Translations under genes and position numbers: made by a program
Assembly (NCBI GenBank): GCA_963422435.1
Contig: OY729511.1
Span: 549,420 to 613,419 of the forward strand
Direction: 5' to 3'
Length of the DNA: 64,000 nt
DNA from: Candidatus Binatia bacterium
Lineage (GTDB): Bacteria > Desulfobacterota > Binatia > Bin18
In this document: one piece after another, positions 29,323 to 38,192 of the stretch
How positions within the stretch are numbered: position 1 is the stretch's first letter
Layout: every line of letters begins with the position of its first letter
Notes under the pieces: generated by a model
The model's database searches: none
Seen by the model: only the letters and a program-made list of their open reading frames with translations
What the model was told of the DNA's origin: nothing

Positions 29323-29574
29323 TCATAGGGCTTCCCGGCCTTCGCCGGACAATTCAGGAACATGTTCTGTCTCGTCCTGTTCAATCAAGACGCCAAGGAT
29401 TTCCATCAATGAGGCAAGAGGAGGCGTTTCCTCCTCTCCAACTTTGTCAAGTAAGCCGTCGAGCAAGGCCACAAGGCGGTCGTACTCGGCCTCAGTGTGT
29501 GGAATAAATAGACAGTCCGCCATGTCTGGCCAATGCGATATGGCAGTCGGGATATCAGGGGTTGTCATACTCAT
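29323..29574 (-). pseudogene. HigA-type antitoxin N-terminal fragment (HTH lost)
   Basis: IPHTEAEYDRLVALLDGLLDKVGE...LASLMEILGVLIE; stops before the HTH. Confidence 0.7.
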
Positions 29575-29666
29575 GGCCTAAGCACTGCGCGAATGTACAC
29601 TCATCTCCGATTATAATGAATAGCGGCAATCAACCGCACTCGATTTCCACCAATATTGAATACTGT
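29571..29666 (-). pseudogene. HigB-type toxin C-terminal remnant (not in ORF track)
   Basis: TVFNIGGNRVRLIAAIHYNRR-TGA-VYIRAVL, then a frameshifted HEYD, directly upstream of the HigA fragment. Confidence 0.75.
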
Positions 29667-29862
29667 CAATTTGCCCCCCTGATCCGCAGTAAGGAAAAAC
29701 TCCTCGCAAATCGGCAAAGGAAGAGAAATTTCTCCGCTTCTATAAATTGATGGAGCATATTTCGGGAGTCACTTGCTGTCGCTAACTTATCCTTACCGGT
29801 GAAGACTCCAACGGAGAAACCCTCCTGCCTGATCATTTCGGTGAGATATGGAACGATGCCCA

Positions 29863-29903
29863 TCACGTACTCCGTAAAAACGACCGTCTTTTTACGGAGG
29901 TGA
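29863..29903. repeat. Inverted repeat at the Fic breakpoint
   Basis: CTCCGTAAAAA (29870-29880) / TTTTTACGGAG (29889-29899) is a perfect 11-bp pair, extended by TCAC/GTGA. Confidence 0.8.
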
Positions 29904-30558
29904 GGAAGGGGTGGATAGTCTCAAACTGCACATGCACCAGACCCGCCCGAAGTAGTACGGACAGCCCGTCGTTCTCGGCGTACAGGAAGCGTTCAAACGC
30001 GGCCATGCAGTCAGGCACGGCTGTATGCGGAGGCGGGACAAAGACGGCATTGCCAGGCCGGGTACCACCGATCCAGTTCTGTGAGCGGCGGAACTCGCCA
30101 GGGGTTTTACCGCTCCCCCGCCCTCGTGACAACAGAACGCTGTGAATCTCGCGGATGAGACGATTCGACAGCCGGAAATTCCCCCGTAGACGGCGCAAAC
30201 CGTGGTTGAGCGCCGCCACATAGTTCGAGACTTCGACCACATCATCAAACGGAACTCCAGGCGCTTCGTCCAACTCGAAAAGCAGAAGGTCCGACAGCGA
30301 CGCTTGCGTTCCCTCGATCTGAGAGGAGAGCACCGCTTCCTTCCGCACATAGGCGTACAGAACCAGCGCCTCGTTCGGCAGGAGCGTCGAGACGCCGTCG
30401 AGCCGGCCCAGAGCAAGCACTGCGGCTTCAAACGTCTGCTGCAACTGGCCATCCAGAACCAGCGCAGGGTTTGGCGGGAGCGGTGCCGGCACAAAGGCTC
30501 TGACTCGCTCGCCTCCGATGCTCGTCACGTCATAGGTGCCGATTTCCCCGCGTTGCAT
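29863..30558 (-). pseudogene. Fic-family protein truncated inside its catalytic motif
   Basis: SSQIEGT, PGEFRRSQNWIGG and FETIHPFL, after which DGNGR and the C-terminus are absent. Confidence 0.85.
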
Positions 30559-30670
30559 ACTAATCAGTGCTTATTTTACTTTTTTCAATAGAGCGTTTTA
30601 TTATTTAATTTTAACAGTCGAAATTGAAATAGAGATGAGGACCACAGGTTCCAACAACTTCGCCCAGCGT

Positions 30671-30870
30671 GCGCATGGGGACATTCGGGTTCAGCCCTTT
30701 GGTGACAGCCTGATTGATGAGCATGGCTTTTTGTTCTTTGAGCAGCGCGATTACGCGCTGCTTTTTGCCGAGGGCTTTGTCAATCTCAGCGGCTTTCTGA
30801 AGGATTCAAGATACGCGCCCTTTCCATTTTCAAAGAACGGCGTAATTTTTGCCGGACAAGAATTATATCT
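30671..30870 (-). pseudogene. Type I restriction specificity subunit (HsdS) remnant (not in ORF track)
   Basis: KITPFFENGKGA (30849-30814), then a frameshift, then AEIDKALGKKQRVIALLKEQKAMLINQAVTKGLNPNVPM. Confidence 0.7.
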
Positions 30871-30998
30871 TTGCTTTGGAACTCAGTTAAGGAATCTGGG
30901 TAATTTGCCCTTCTCCCAATTCTGGTGCCGTCAATGAGGCCATCGACCAGATAAAAGAGAGGAGTGTATTGTGTCCGGTGTGGTCCATTTTTTCTCTA

Positions 30999-31277
30999 TC
31001 AGGCAGCGCGCTGGATATCCTTGGCTTCATATGCCGGGAACATAATGATGGCCGGGTGGACTCCAAACGCCCGGGCGAGATGCTCGGCCCGTCGTTTCCC
31101 TATCTCTATTTTTTCGTTTTCCAACAGGCTGATATTCGTTGCACTGATCTTAGACCGCCGGGCTAATTCCTTCTGAGTCCACCCTTTCAGTTCGCGAAGC
31201 ATACGCAGGACCTCGCCCGTCGATGCTACGGCGTGGGCCTCCGCCGCTACGAACTCATTCTTCGATTGGGATTTCAT
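30999..31277 (-). CDS. XRE-family HTH antitoxin
   Basis: GEVLRMLRELKGWTQKELA...ISLLEN...LARAFGVHPAIIMF; lies downstream of a toxin-like gene. Confidence 0.85.
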   Translation of the reverse strand: MKSQSKNEFVAAEAHAVASTGEVLRMLRELKGWTQKELARRSKISATNISLLENEKIEIGKRRAEHLARAFGVHPAIIMFPAYEAKDIQRAA

Positions 31278-31285
31278 GTCTCCTC

Positions 31286-31558
31286 CTAATAGGTGTGAGG
31301 GGTAATTTCGATAACAGACACAGTAATCGTACTTCGTGAGACTTTGTAAATAACTCGATATTGCAGACTGAGGCGAGAAGAGCGTTCATCCGTCCGTTTT
31401 CCTCTTAACTTCTCATCGTGAAAGCCTGGAAATCCTCGCAATTTCCCAGGCCCATGTCGGAAAACAATATTTTTCCAGAGTTCATATTTCTTGACAGTAA
31501 CCGGGGGTAATGTACGGCAGATTTTTTTAATATTCCGCTGTTCTTTGATCACCCACAT
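31286..31558 (-). CDS. RelE/HigB-family mRNA interferase toxin
   Basis: 90 aa, basic, with HDEKLRG...SSRLSLQYRVIY; toxin-first order. Confidence 0.8.
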   Translation of the reverse strand: MWVIKEQRNIKKICRTLPPVTVKKYELWKNIVFRHGPGKLRGFPGFHDEKLRGKRTDERSSRLSLQYRVIYKVSRSTITVSVIEITPHTY

Positions 31559-31678
31559 CCTTAAACTTGATAACTTATTACTTTCAATAACTCAAGTCTC
31601 TCGCTGTACCGGGTTTTCTTGGACAACAGTTCGGAGTACAGAAGAAGGCGACATAAGACGGTGTAAGGAGGAAGGCAT

Positions 31679-32536
31679 ATGGACATTGGCGTATTCTATT
31701 TTACGTCCGGCGAGTCGGCGGACCCCGCACTTGTGGCGCAAAAGGCCGAAGCGTTGGGCTTTGCCTCGTTTTGGGTGCCGGAACATCCGGTCCTGCCGGT
31801 GCATACCACCACTGGCTATCCCGCAGCCCCGGATCAGCCGATTCCGAGAACGGTCGGGATTATTTCCGACCCGTTTGTGTCGCTGGCGCGGGCCTCGGCT
31901 ACCACAACGAAGATCAAGCTGGGCACCGGGATTTGTCTCGTGCCGGAGCGTAACCCGTTGTTGCTGGCCAAGGAGATCGCCACGCTGGATCACTATTCGG
32001 GCGGACGTTTTCTGTTTGGCATCGGCGCCGGCTGGCAAAAAGAAGAGTGCGAGATCATGGGCGGAGACTTTCCGCACCGCTGGACCCAGACCCGGGATTC
32101 GGTTCTGGCCATGAAAGAGCTGTGGACCACGGACGAATCCGAATATCACGGCAGGTATTATGACTTTCCCGCGGTCAAGTGCTTTCCCAAGCCGGCCCAA
32201 CAGCCACATCCGCCCGTTATTCTGGGCGGCTCGGCCAGGAATGTGTTCAAACGAACGGTGGCGTGGGGCGACGGCTGGATGCCGGTCAGCATTTCGCCCG
32301 ATGAGATTCGACACGGACGCCAGACCTTGAACGAGCTGGCCGCTCAAGCTGGGCGCGACCCCCAGTCCATCTCCGTGCTCGCCTTTGGACAACCGGGACA
32401 GTTGCGCAGCCGAGACCAGGCACGAGCACTGGAAGAGGCTGGCGCGGAGCATGCCATTATCTGGCTCAACAAATCCCAGGAAGAAGAAGTCATTGCGGAG
32501 TTAGAAGGGGTAGCCACAGAGATGCTGGGCTCATAA
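31679..32536 (+). CDS. LLM-class F420-dependent oxidoreductase
   Basis: WVPEH, DPFVSLA, GIGAGW and FPKPAQQPHPP. Confidence 0.9.
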   Translation: MDIGVFYFTSGESADPALVAQKAEALGFASFWVPEHPVLPVHTTTGYPAAPDQPIPRTVGIISDPFVSLARASATTTKIKLGTGICLVPERNPLLLAKEIATLDHYSGGRFLFGIGAGWQKEECEIMGGDFPHRWTQTRDSVLAMKELWTTDESEYHGRYYDFPAVKCFPKPAQQPHPPVILGGSARNVFKRTVAWGDGWMPVSISPDEIRHGRQTLNELAAQAGRDPQSISVLAFGQPGQLRSRDQARALEEAGAEHAIIWLNKSQEEEVIAELEGVATEMLGS

Positions 32537-32559
32537 AAACCCACGCGAGGAGCCGCGCC

Positions 32560-33566
32560 ATGAAAAACATCATGCACCTGAACGCTTTTCTGATTCACAG
32601 CCCCATGAATCATACAGTCGGGTCGTGGACGCATCCGGACAGCACGGTCGGCTCCTCCTTTGCCCAACCCGACATGTGGCAGGACATTGCCAGAACGCTG
32701 GAGCGGGGCAGGTTTGACGCCATATTTTTTGCGGATCAACTGGCCACGTATGGCAATTACCGAGCACGAACCGACGAGGCCCTCATCCATGCCGTTCAGT
32801 TTCCGGTGCATGACCCGGTTCTCCTGGTTCCCATGCTGGCCGCTGTGACTGAAAAGCTGGGCTTTGCTGTCACCCTGTCCGCCACCTATTACCCGCCGTA
32901 TATGGCAGTGCGGAAACTTTCCACACTCGATCATCTGACCAAGGGACGGATCGGGTGGAATATCGTCACCTCTGTCCATGTCGGCGAAGCGCATAACATG
33001 GGCCTGACGGGTATGATTGCGCATGATCGGCGCTATGAGCGCGCAGATGAGTATATGCAGGTGTGTCACAAACTGTGGCAGAGTTGGGAGTCCGATGCGG
33101 TCGTGGCTGACAAAGAGGCCGAAGTTTTCGTCGATCCCGGTAAAGTCCACCCGATCAACCACCAGGGCAAATGGTTCTCCTGTCCGGGTATCTCGCCGGT
33201 TGCGCCTTCGCCCCAGGGCCATCCTGTTCTGTTTCAGGCCGGCGACTCAGGCGCAGGACGTGATTTTTGCGCCAAACATGCCGAGGCCGCCTTCGGAGTG
33301 CAACTCACCACGCGGGCAAAATCTACGGTGCAACCATTGGCTGCCCGCAAATTGTCGGCACGCCGGAACAGGTCGCCGATCAAATGGAAGCCATCCTGGA
33401 GGAGACCGACGGCCACGGGTTTAATATCACCCCCTCGACCATGCCGGGCTCGCTGACGGAATTTGTTGATGGCGTCGTGCCCATATTGCAGCAACGCGGC
33501 CGGCACCGCACGGAGTACACCGGGCAGACTTTGAGAGAGCACTTGCAGCAGGAAGTCTGTGAATAA
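32560..33566 (+). pseudogene. NtaA/DszA-family FMN monooxygenase with internal deletion and frameshift
   Basis: The N-part (FFADQL, HDP, GRIGWNIVTS, QAGDS) jumps at about 33305-33312 into a different frame carrying VGTPEQVADQME...FVDGVVPILQQRG. Confidence 0.8.
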
Positions 33567-33576
33567 AAGTCCGGTT

Positions 33577-33610
33577 CCCTCTCCCCGTGGGAGAGGGCCA
33601 AGGTAAGGGC
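33577..33610. repeat. G/C-rich palindromic repeat, copy B
   Basis: CCCTCTCCCCGTGGGAGAGGGCCAAGGTAAGGGC. Confidence 0.65.
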
Positions 33611-33674
33611 CGAGGAGAAGAAGGGCGAGGAAAGAAGAGTCGCAGGGCCGTCTACAGGCTACTGCGATTTTCAT

Positions 33675-34130
33675 TTAATCCGGCACGACGGCATACGCCC
33701 GATACGTTACCTCGTTGGGTTTGAGTTTGCCCTCACCCACCGCCATCAGGTTGTTGAGCCAAGCATAGCGCTCGTCGCCGGTCTCAAACTGTATCTGTGA
33801 GATAAAATAATTATCCCCGAAATTGGTGGAGCCGCCGCCCGCAAGCGCTTTCCGAATCCCCTCGGTGGCTTCCATACGCGCCCGGTAGGTGACATAGATC
33901 GCCGCCCCATCGTCACTTTCAAAAACCGCCCGCACATCGAGACGCAGGTTGCCGTCCGGGCCGACCAGGGCCCAGTCCGCCCCGCTGGCCCGGACCTTGC
34001 CCTTCATGCGCGGGCCCTCGAAGTGCCCGCCGGTCAGGTCGGCCACAAGGCGCTCGCCGAGCGGCCCTTTGCCCACACTGAGCGGGGTGATGAAGGTGGC
34101 GGTATAATCGCACAGATATTCGAGTTTCAT
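33675..34130 (-). CDS. DUF3237-family protein
   Basis: GGHFEGP, SGADW, LDVR and FETGDERYAWLN. Confidence 0.85.
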   Translation of the reverse strand: MKLEYLCDYTATFITPLSVGKGPLGERLVADLTGGHFEGPRMKGKVRASGADWALVGPDGNLRLDVRAVFESDDGAAIYVTYRARMEATEGIRKALAGGGSTNFGDNYFISQIQFETGDERYAWLNNLMAVGEGKLKPNEVTYRAYAVVPD

Positions 34131-34140
34131 TGCCCGCTCC

Positions 34141-35298
34141 CTACAGACCGTAAACCTGCGCCGCGTTCTGGCCGATGACCTTCTGCCGCGTGGTGTCGGA
34201 CATGGGATCAACCAGGTCGGCCAGCTCGGTCATATAGTTGTCCGGATGGTCGGGGTGCGGAAAGTCCGAGGCCCAGAAGAATTTGTCGGCACCCACGAAG
34301 TCCACCACATGACCAAAGGCTTTTTCGTCTGGGTCGCCGGAAATCCAGCAGTTGCGATAAAAATAATAGCTAGGCTTTTCTTTGAGCTTGACGGTATCGC
34401 CCAGAGGGCTGTCAAACACCGCGTCCATGCGGTTGAGCAGATAGCCGGCCCAGCCCGCACCCGATTCCAGCACGACCACTTTAATCTTGGGGAAACGCTC
34501 AAACAGGCCGTACTGGAACATCGCCGTAAAGGCCTGCAGCGGTCCCTGCGCACCGTGCACATTGTAATGCCACAGCGCCCACTTCTGCATATCCTTGAAG
34601 CGTTGGTGCACCCGCTTGGCTGGTGGCTCACCACTCGGGTGGATACCGACCGGGACGTCCAACTCCTGGGCCTTTGCCCAGAACGGGTCGTAGTCCGGAT
34701 GGGCGTGAGATGTATTGGTTGGCGTAAACGGCACGAAGAACGCGCCCTTGGCTCCGGCGCGCACCGCCCGCTCCAATTCCTGAGCCGCCACATTCCCATC
34801 CCCCATTGAGATATGGGCAATCGGAATCAGCCGGCCGTCGGAATCGGAACAGAAATCGACCACCCAGCGATTATACGCCTCGGCGTAGGCCGCCTGGAGT
34901 TCAAGGCTCTCCACCTCTTCGGTTTCCCATAAGAGGCCGATGCTCGGGTAGATAATGGCCTTCTCCAAGCCCTCTCGATCCATGCGTACCAGCCGCTCTT
35001 TGGGATACATCGAGCCAAAGGGTGCCTCGCCAACATAGGTCCGGTCCGGGTGGGGGGCGGTTTCTTCTTCCGATTTTTTTCCCATCGCCCCGAACTGGGC
35101 CAATTGCCCCGGCTGGGAATACTTCGCGGGTCGTCCATCCAGTTCCAGGACCTCAAGCCCGTCCTCATTGGTCCGTAGGCGGATGGCCCGGTCCTTATAT
35201 CTCGGATCAATATACTTCTCCCAGGTATCGGGCGGCTCAAGGATGTGTCCGTCGGCATCAACCGCCCCGCTATAGGGAAACTGTCCGTTTGCGGCCAT
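34141..35298 (-). CDS. Amidohydrolase family 2 protein
   Basis: VDADGHILEP, IYPS and WASDFPHPD. Confidence 0.9.
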   Translation of the reverse strand: MAANGQFPYSGAVDADGHILEPPDTWEKYIDPRYKDRAIRLRTNEDGLEVLELDGRPAKYSQPGQLAQFGAMGKKSEEETAPHPDRTYVGEAPFGSMYPKERLVRMDREGLEKAIIYPSIGLLWETEEVESLELQAAYAEAYNRWVVDFCSDSDGRLIPIAHISMGDGNVAAQELERAVRAGAKGAFFVPFTPTNTSHAHPDYDPFWAKAQELDVPVGIHPSGEPPAKRVHQRFKDMQKWALWHYNVHGAQGPLQAFTAMFQYGLFERFPKIKVVVLESGAGWAGYLLNRMDAVFDSPLGDTVKLKEKPSYYFYRNCWISGDPDEKAFGHVVDFVGADKFFWASDFPHPDHPDNYMTELADLVDPMSDTTRQKVIGQNAAQVYGL

Positions 35299-35371
35299 TC
35301 TGCATTCCCTCCGTTTTTCTCTGTTGTGAATTGAAACGTGAAAGTATCACTTCTAACCTACACGGTTTGTT

Positions 35372-35562
35372 CGGGCAAGAGTTTGGAAACTCCGGTAGTG
35401 TCTCCGTTTCACATCTCCCTTTCCCGCTGCCGGCGCAACGCCCCCCCCTGGCCCTCCCCCTCAGCGGGGGGAGGAGAAAATGAATAAACGTGCCGACATC
35501 CGCCTGTCTGTTGAGGGCGCGTTTATTCATTAAAGGCAGACACTACCGGAACTCTTGGCCCG
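35372..35562. other. Nested inverted-repeat element (MITE-like or structured ncRNA)
   Basis: 13-bp IR 35391-35403/35538-35550, 7-bp IR 35376-35382/35551-35557, inner 12-bp IR 35479-35490/35520-35531 and a G/C hairpin 35441-35474. Confidence 0.7.
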
Positions 35563-35624
35563 GCTGCTGTGTCTCATCCCCTCCCCTTCAGGGAAGAGAG
35601 TCTTAATCAGTGCCCGGCAGATCG

Positions 35625-36683
35625 TTATCCGCACGCCAGGGTATAGACGTTCTGACATCCGTCCGGCAGCGCGGACTCGCCCCAGGTCGTGCCGCCGTCT
35701 TGAGTACCGAACACTTGGCCCTCCCGCGTGCCACAGTACACGAGCTGCGGGTCCTGGCGGCTGAGAGCGACGGTCATCATCGTACTCCGGGGGGTGATAC
35801 CCCGGTCAAAGCGCCGCCAGGTCTGACCCAGGTCCAGGCTGCGATAAACGGAGCCATTCAGGGTGAGCGCCCCCGGACTCAGCGCCGCGTAGAGCGTATT
35901 CGGGTCACCGGGAGCGACCTGGATATCGCGCGCGTAGGTCAACGGCGAAGAACGCCAGATTTCCATATCCGCCCAGGATTGTCCCTGATCCGGGCTGTGG
36001 AACAGGCCCATGCGTGTGGCCAGAAAGACGCTGCCCGGCTGGGCGGCGCTCAGCACCACGGCGTGCGTGTCCATCATGCCTTCGGCATCGGTCTTGCTCA
36101 GAATACGACTCTGCAAATAATCCTGCTCGGCAAACCGCAGCAGTGCGGCGCTACAGTCCTCCCAGGAGTCGCCCCCGTCCCGACTGCGAATGACTCCGCC
36201 GACCTCCAGGCCGGCATACACCGCCTCCGGGTCGTTCGGGTCAGCCGCCATGCCGATAATGCGGCACGGAAAACCCATTTCAACCATGCCGGCCGGCGCG
36301 GCAAAGGTCAGCCGTTTCCAGCTATCGCCGCCGTTATCGCTGCGATAGATGGCCGCCGGTGCGGTGCCGCAATACACGACCTGGGGATCGTTCGGGCGAA
36401 ACAGCAGCGACCAGACCGGCATCCCGGCATCTGGAAAATCCAACCCTTCCCAGTGCGCCCCGCCGTCCGTGCTGCGGTACGGCCCGTGCTGGGTGCCGAC
36501 GTACAGCAGGTGCGGATTATCGGGGTGAACAAGAATGGCCCGAATCTCGGCCTGTTCCGGGAGGCCCTGGCTTAAAATCTGCCACTCCGTTTCTCCGACT
36601 CTTTGACGACACAGGCCGCTGGACGGAGTCGTGTGTCCGTTCTTGGAAAACTGCGACGCCCCGGCGTAGACATACTGAGCCAT
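35625..36683 (-). CDS. BNR/Asp-box beta-propeller protein
   Basis: Repeated S-x-D-x-G-x-x-W boxes (STDGGAHW, SDNGGDSW, SRDGGDSW, SPDQGQSW, SLDLGQTW, TQDGGTTW). Confidence 0.9.
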   Translation of the reverse strand: MAQYVYAGASQFSKNGHTTPSSGLCRQRVGETEWQILSQGLPEQAEIRAILVHPDNPHLLYVGTQHGPYRSTDGGAHWEGLDFPDAGMPVWSLLFRPNDPQVVYCGTAPAAIYRSDNGGDSWKRLTFAAPAGMVEMGFPCRIIGMAADPNDPEAVYAGLEVGGVIRSRDGGDSWEDCSAALLRFAEQDYLQSRILSKTDAEGMMDTHAVVLSAAQPGSVFLATRMGLFHSPDQGQSWADMEIWRSSPLTYARDIQVAPGDPNTLYAALSPGALTLNGSVYRSLDLGQTWRRFDRGITPRSTMMTVALSRQDPQLVYCGTREGQVFGTQDGGTTWGESALPDGCQNVYTLACG

Positions 36684-36830
36684 GGTTTTCTCCCTTCTTT
36701 TTCGCGCTGGAGTTTCATTATTGGGTCAGCGGTCAATATTCAACCCAAACCCCACTCATTCGACCTCCGGCCCTGACAGTGCTCTTCGGAACGGATACAC
36801 TCCGCTATCACTCCTGTGCGAGGTTACTGT

Positions 36831-38192
36831 ATGCCGAGTACCAAGCCGCCGAGCGGCACCCGAGATTACTTACCTGAGGCGGTGGCAAAACGACGCTACG
36901 TTGTGGTGAAAATTGAGCGCGTCTTTCAGCGCTATGGGTTTCTGCCCCTCGAAACGCCGGCCATCGAAAATCTGACCACGCTGTTGGGCAAGTATGGCGA
37001 GGAGGGCGACCAACTCCTCTTTCGCCTCCTCCACCGGGGCGACAAACTCACCCGCGCCCTGGAAAAACCGACCCCCGAAGCTGGAGACCTGGCCGAGCTG
37101 GGACTGCGCTATGATCTCACCGTCCCGCTGGCTCGCGTCGTGGCCCAGTACGGCAACAGCCTGCCCAGGGTGTTCAGGCGCTACCAGATTCAGCCCGTCT
37201 GGCGGGCGGACCGTCCGGCAAAAGGGCGCTTTCGTGAGTTTTATCAGTGCGATGTTGACCTGACTGGCACAACCTCGCTGCTGGCCGAAGCAGAAGTGGT
37301 GAACGCGGTCAGCAGCGCGCTGCTTGAACTCGGCTTTTCCAACTTCTCCATTGCGCTCAACCACCGGATGATTCTGCGCAGCATGATCGGGGCGGCCGGC
37401 ATAGACCCCAGCCTTGAGGGGTCTGCTCTGATCGCCCTTGATAAGCTGGACAAAATCGGCGTTGACGGCGTGCAGGCGGAACTCACGCAACGCGGCATTG
37501 CTGAGGAGTCGGCCCAACGTCTGCTCGCCCTGACCTCAACGGCAGCAGACAATCATGGGGTGCTAGAAGCTCTGCGTGGACAGTTATTGCAACCTGAGGC
37601 GCAGCAGGCACTCAGCGAGCTTGAAACGCTCGTGTCCTTGACCATAGATGCCCCGGCAGGTTCGCATATCCGCCTGGCCCCGGCGCTGGCACGAGGTCTG
37701 AGCTATTATACCGGTCCTATCTTCGAGGTCGTCTCAACCGACTTCAGCGGCTCCTTAGGCGGCGGCGGGCGCTACGACAACCTGGTCGGCATGTTCAGCA
37801 ACAAGCAGGTGCCGGCGGTTGGCTTTTCCCTGGGTCTGGAACGTATCCTGCTCTTAATGGAAGAGCGAGATATGTTTCCGGCCCTGCACCCGACCGCCCA
37901 GGTGATGGTGTGCGTCCTGCCCGATACCCCGCTGCCACCGGCGGTCGGACTGGCCTCGCGCCTGCGTCGGGCCGGCATTACGGTTGAGGTTTATCCAGAA
38001 CAGAGCAAGCTCAAGCGCCAGCTCTCGGCCGCCGACGCTCAGCAGATTCCCTACGCGCTCATTCTTGGACCTGACGAAGTTGAACGCCGACGCTATACCC
38101 TGAAGGACTTGGCAACCGGGCAGCAGCAAGCCCTGGGTGAAGACGATCTCATCGCCGCGCTCCAGCCTAGAACACCACCTCAAGCTGCGTAA
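36831..38192 (+). CDS. hisS: Histidine--tRNA ligase
   Basis: GTRDY, LRYDLTVP, RADRPAKGRFREFYQCD, LARGLSYYTG and GGGRYD. Confidence 0.97.
   Translation: MPSTKPPSGTRDYLPEAVAKRRYVVVKIERVFQRYGFLPLETPAIENLTTLLGKYGEEGDQLLFRLLHRGDKLTRALEKPTPEAGDLAELGLRYDLTVPLARVVAQYGNSLPRVFRRYQIQPVWRADRPAKGRFREFYQCDVDLTGTTSLLAEAEVVNAVSSALLELGFSNFSIALNHRMILRSMIGAAGIDPSLEGSALIALDKLDKIGVDGVQAELTQRGIAEESAQRLLALTSTAADNHGVLEALRGQLLQPEAQQALSELETLVSLTIDAPAGSHIRLAPALARGLSYYTGPIFEVVSTDFSGSLGGGGRYDNLVGMFSNKQVPAVGFSLGLERILLLMEERDMFPALHPTAQVMVCVLPDTPLPPAVGLASRLRRAGITVEVYPEQSKLKRQLSAADAQQIPYALILGPDEVERRRYTLKDLATGQQQALGEDDLIAALQPRTPPQAA

Noticed and set aside
29168-29326. N-terminal extension of the 28412-29326 ORF
   Set aside because: It reads through a palindromic repeat and a foreign gene fragment. 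A start at 29167 with its own RBS is more plausible.
29666-29866. Helicase C-terminal fragment
   Set aside because: The resemblance (YLTEMIRQEGFSVGVFTG) is too short to support a call; left as an unassigned fragment.
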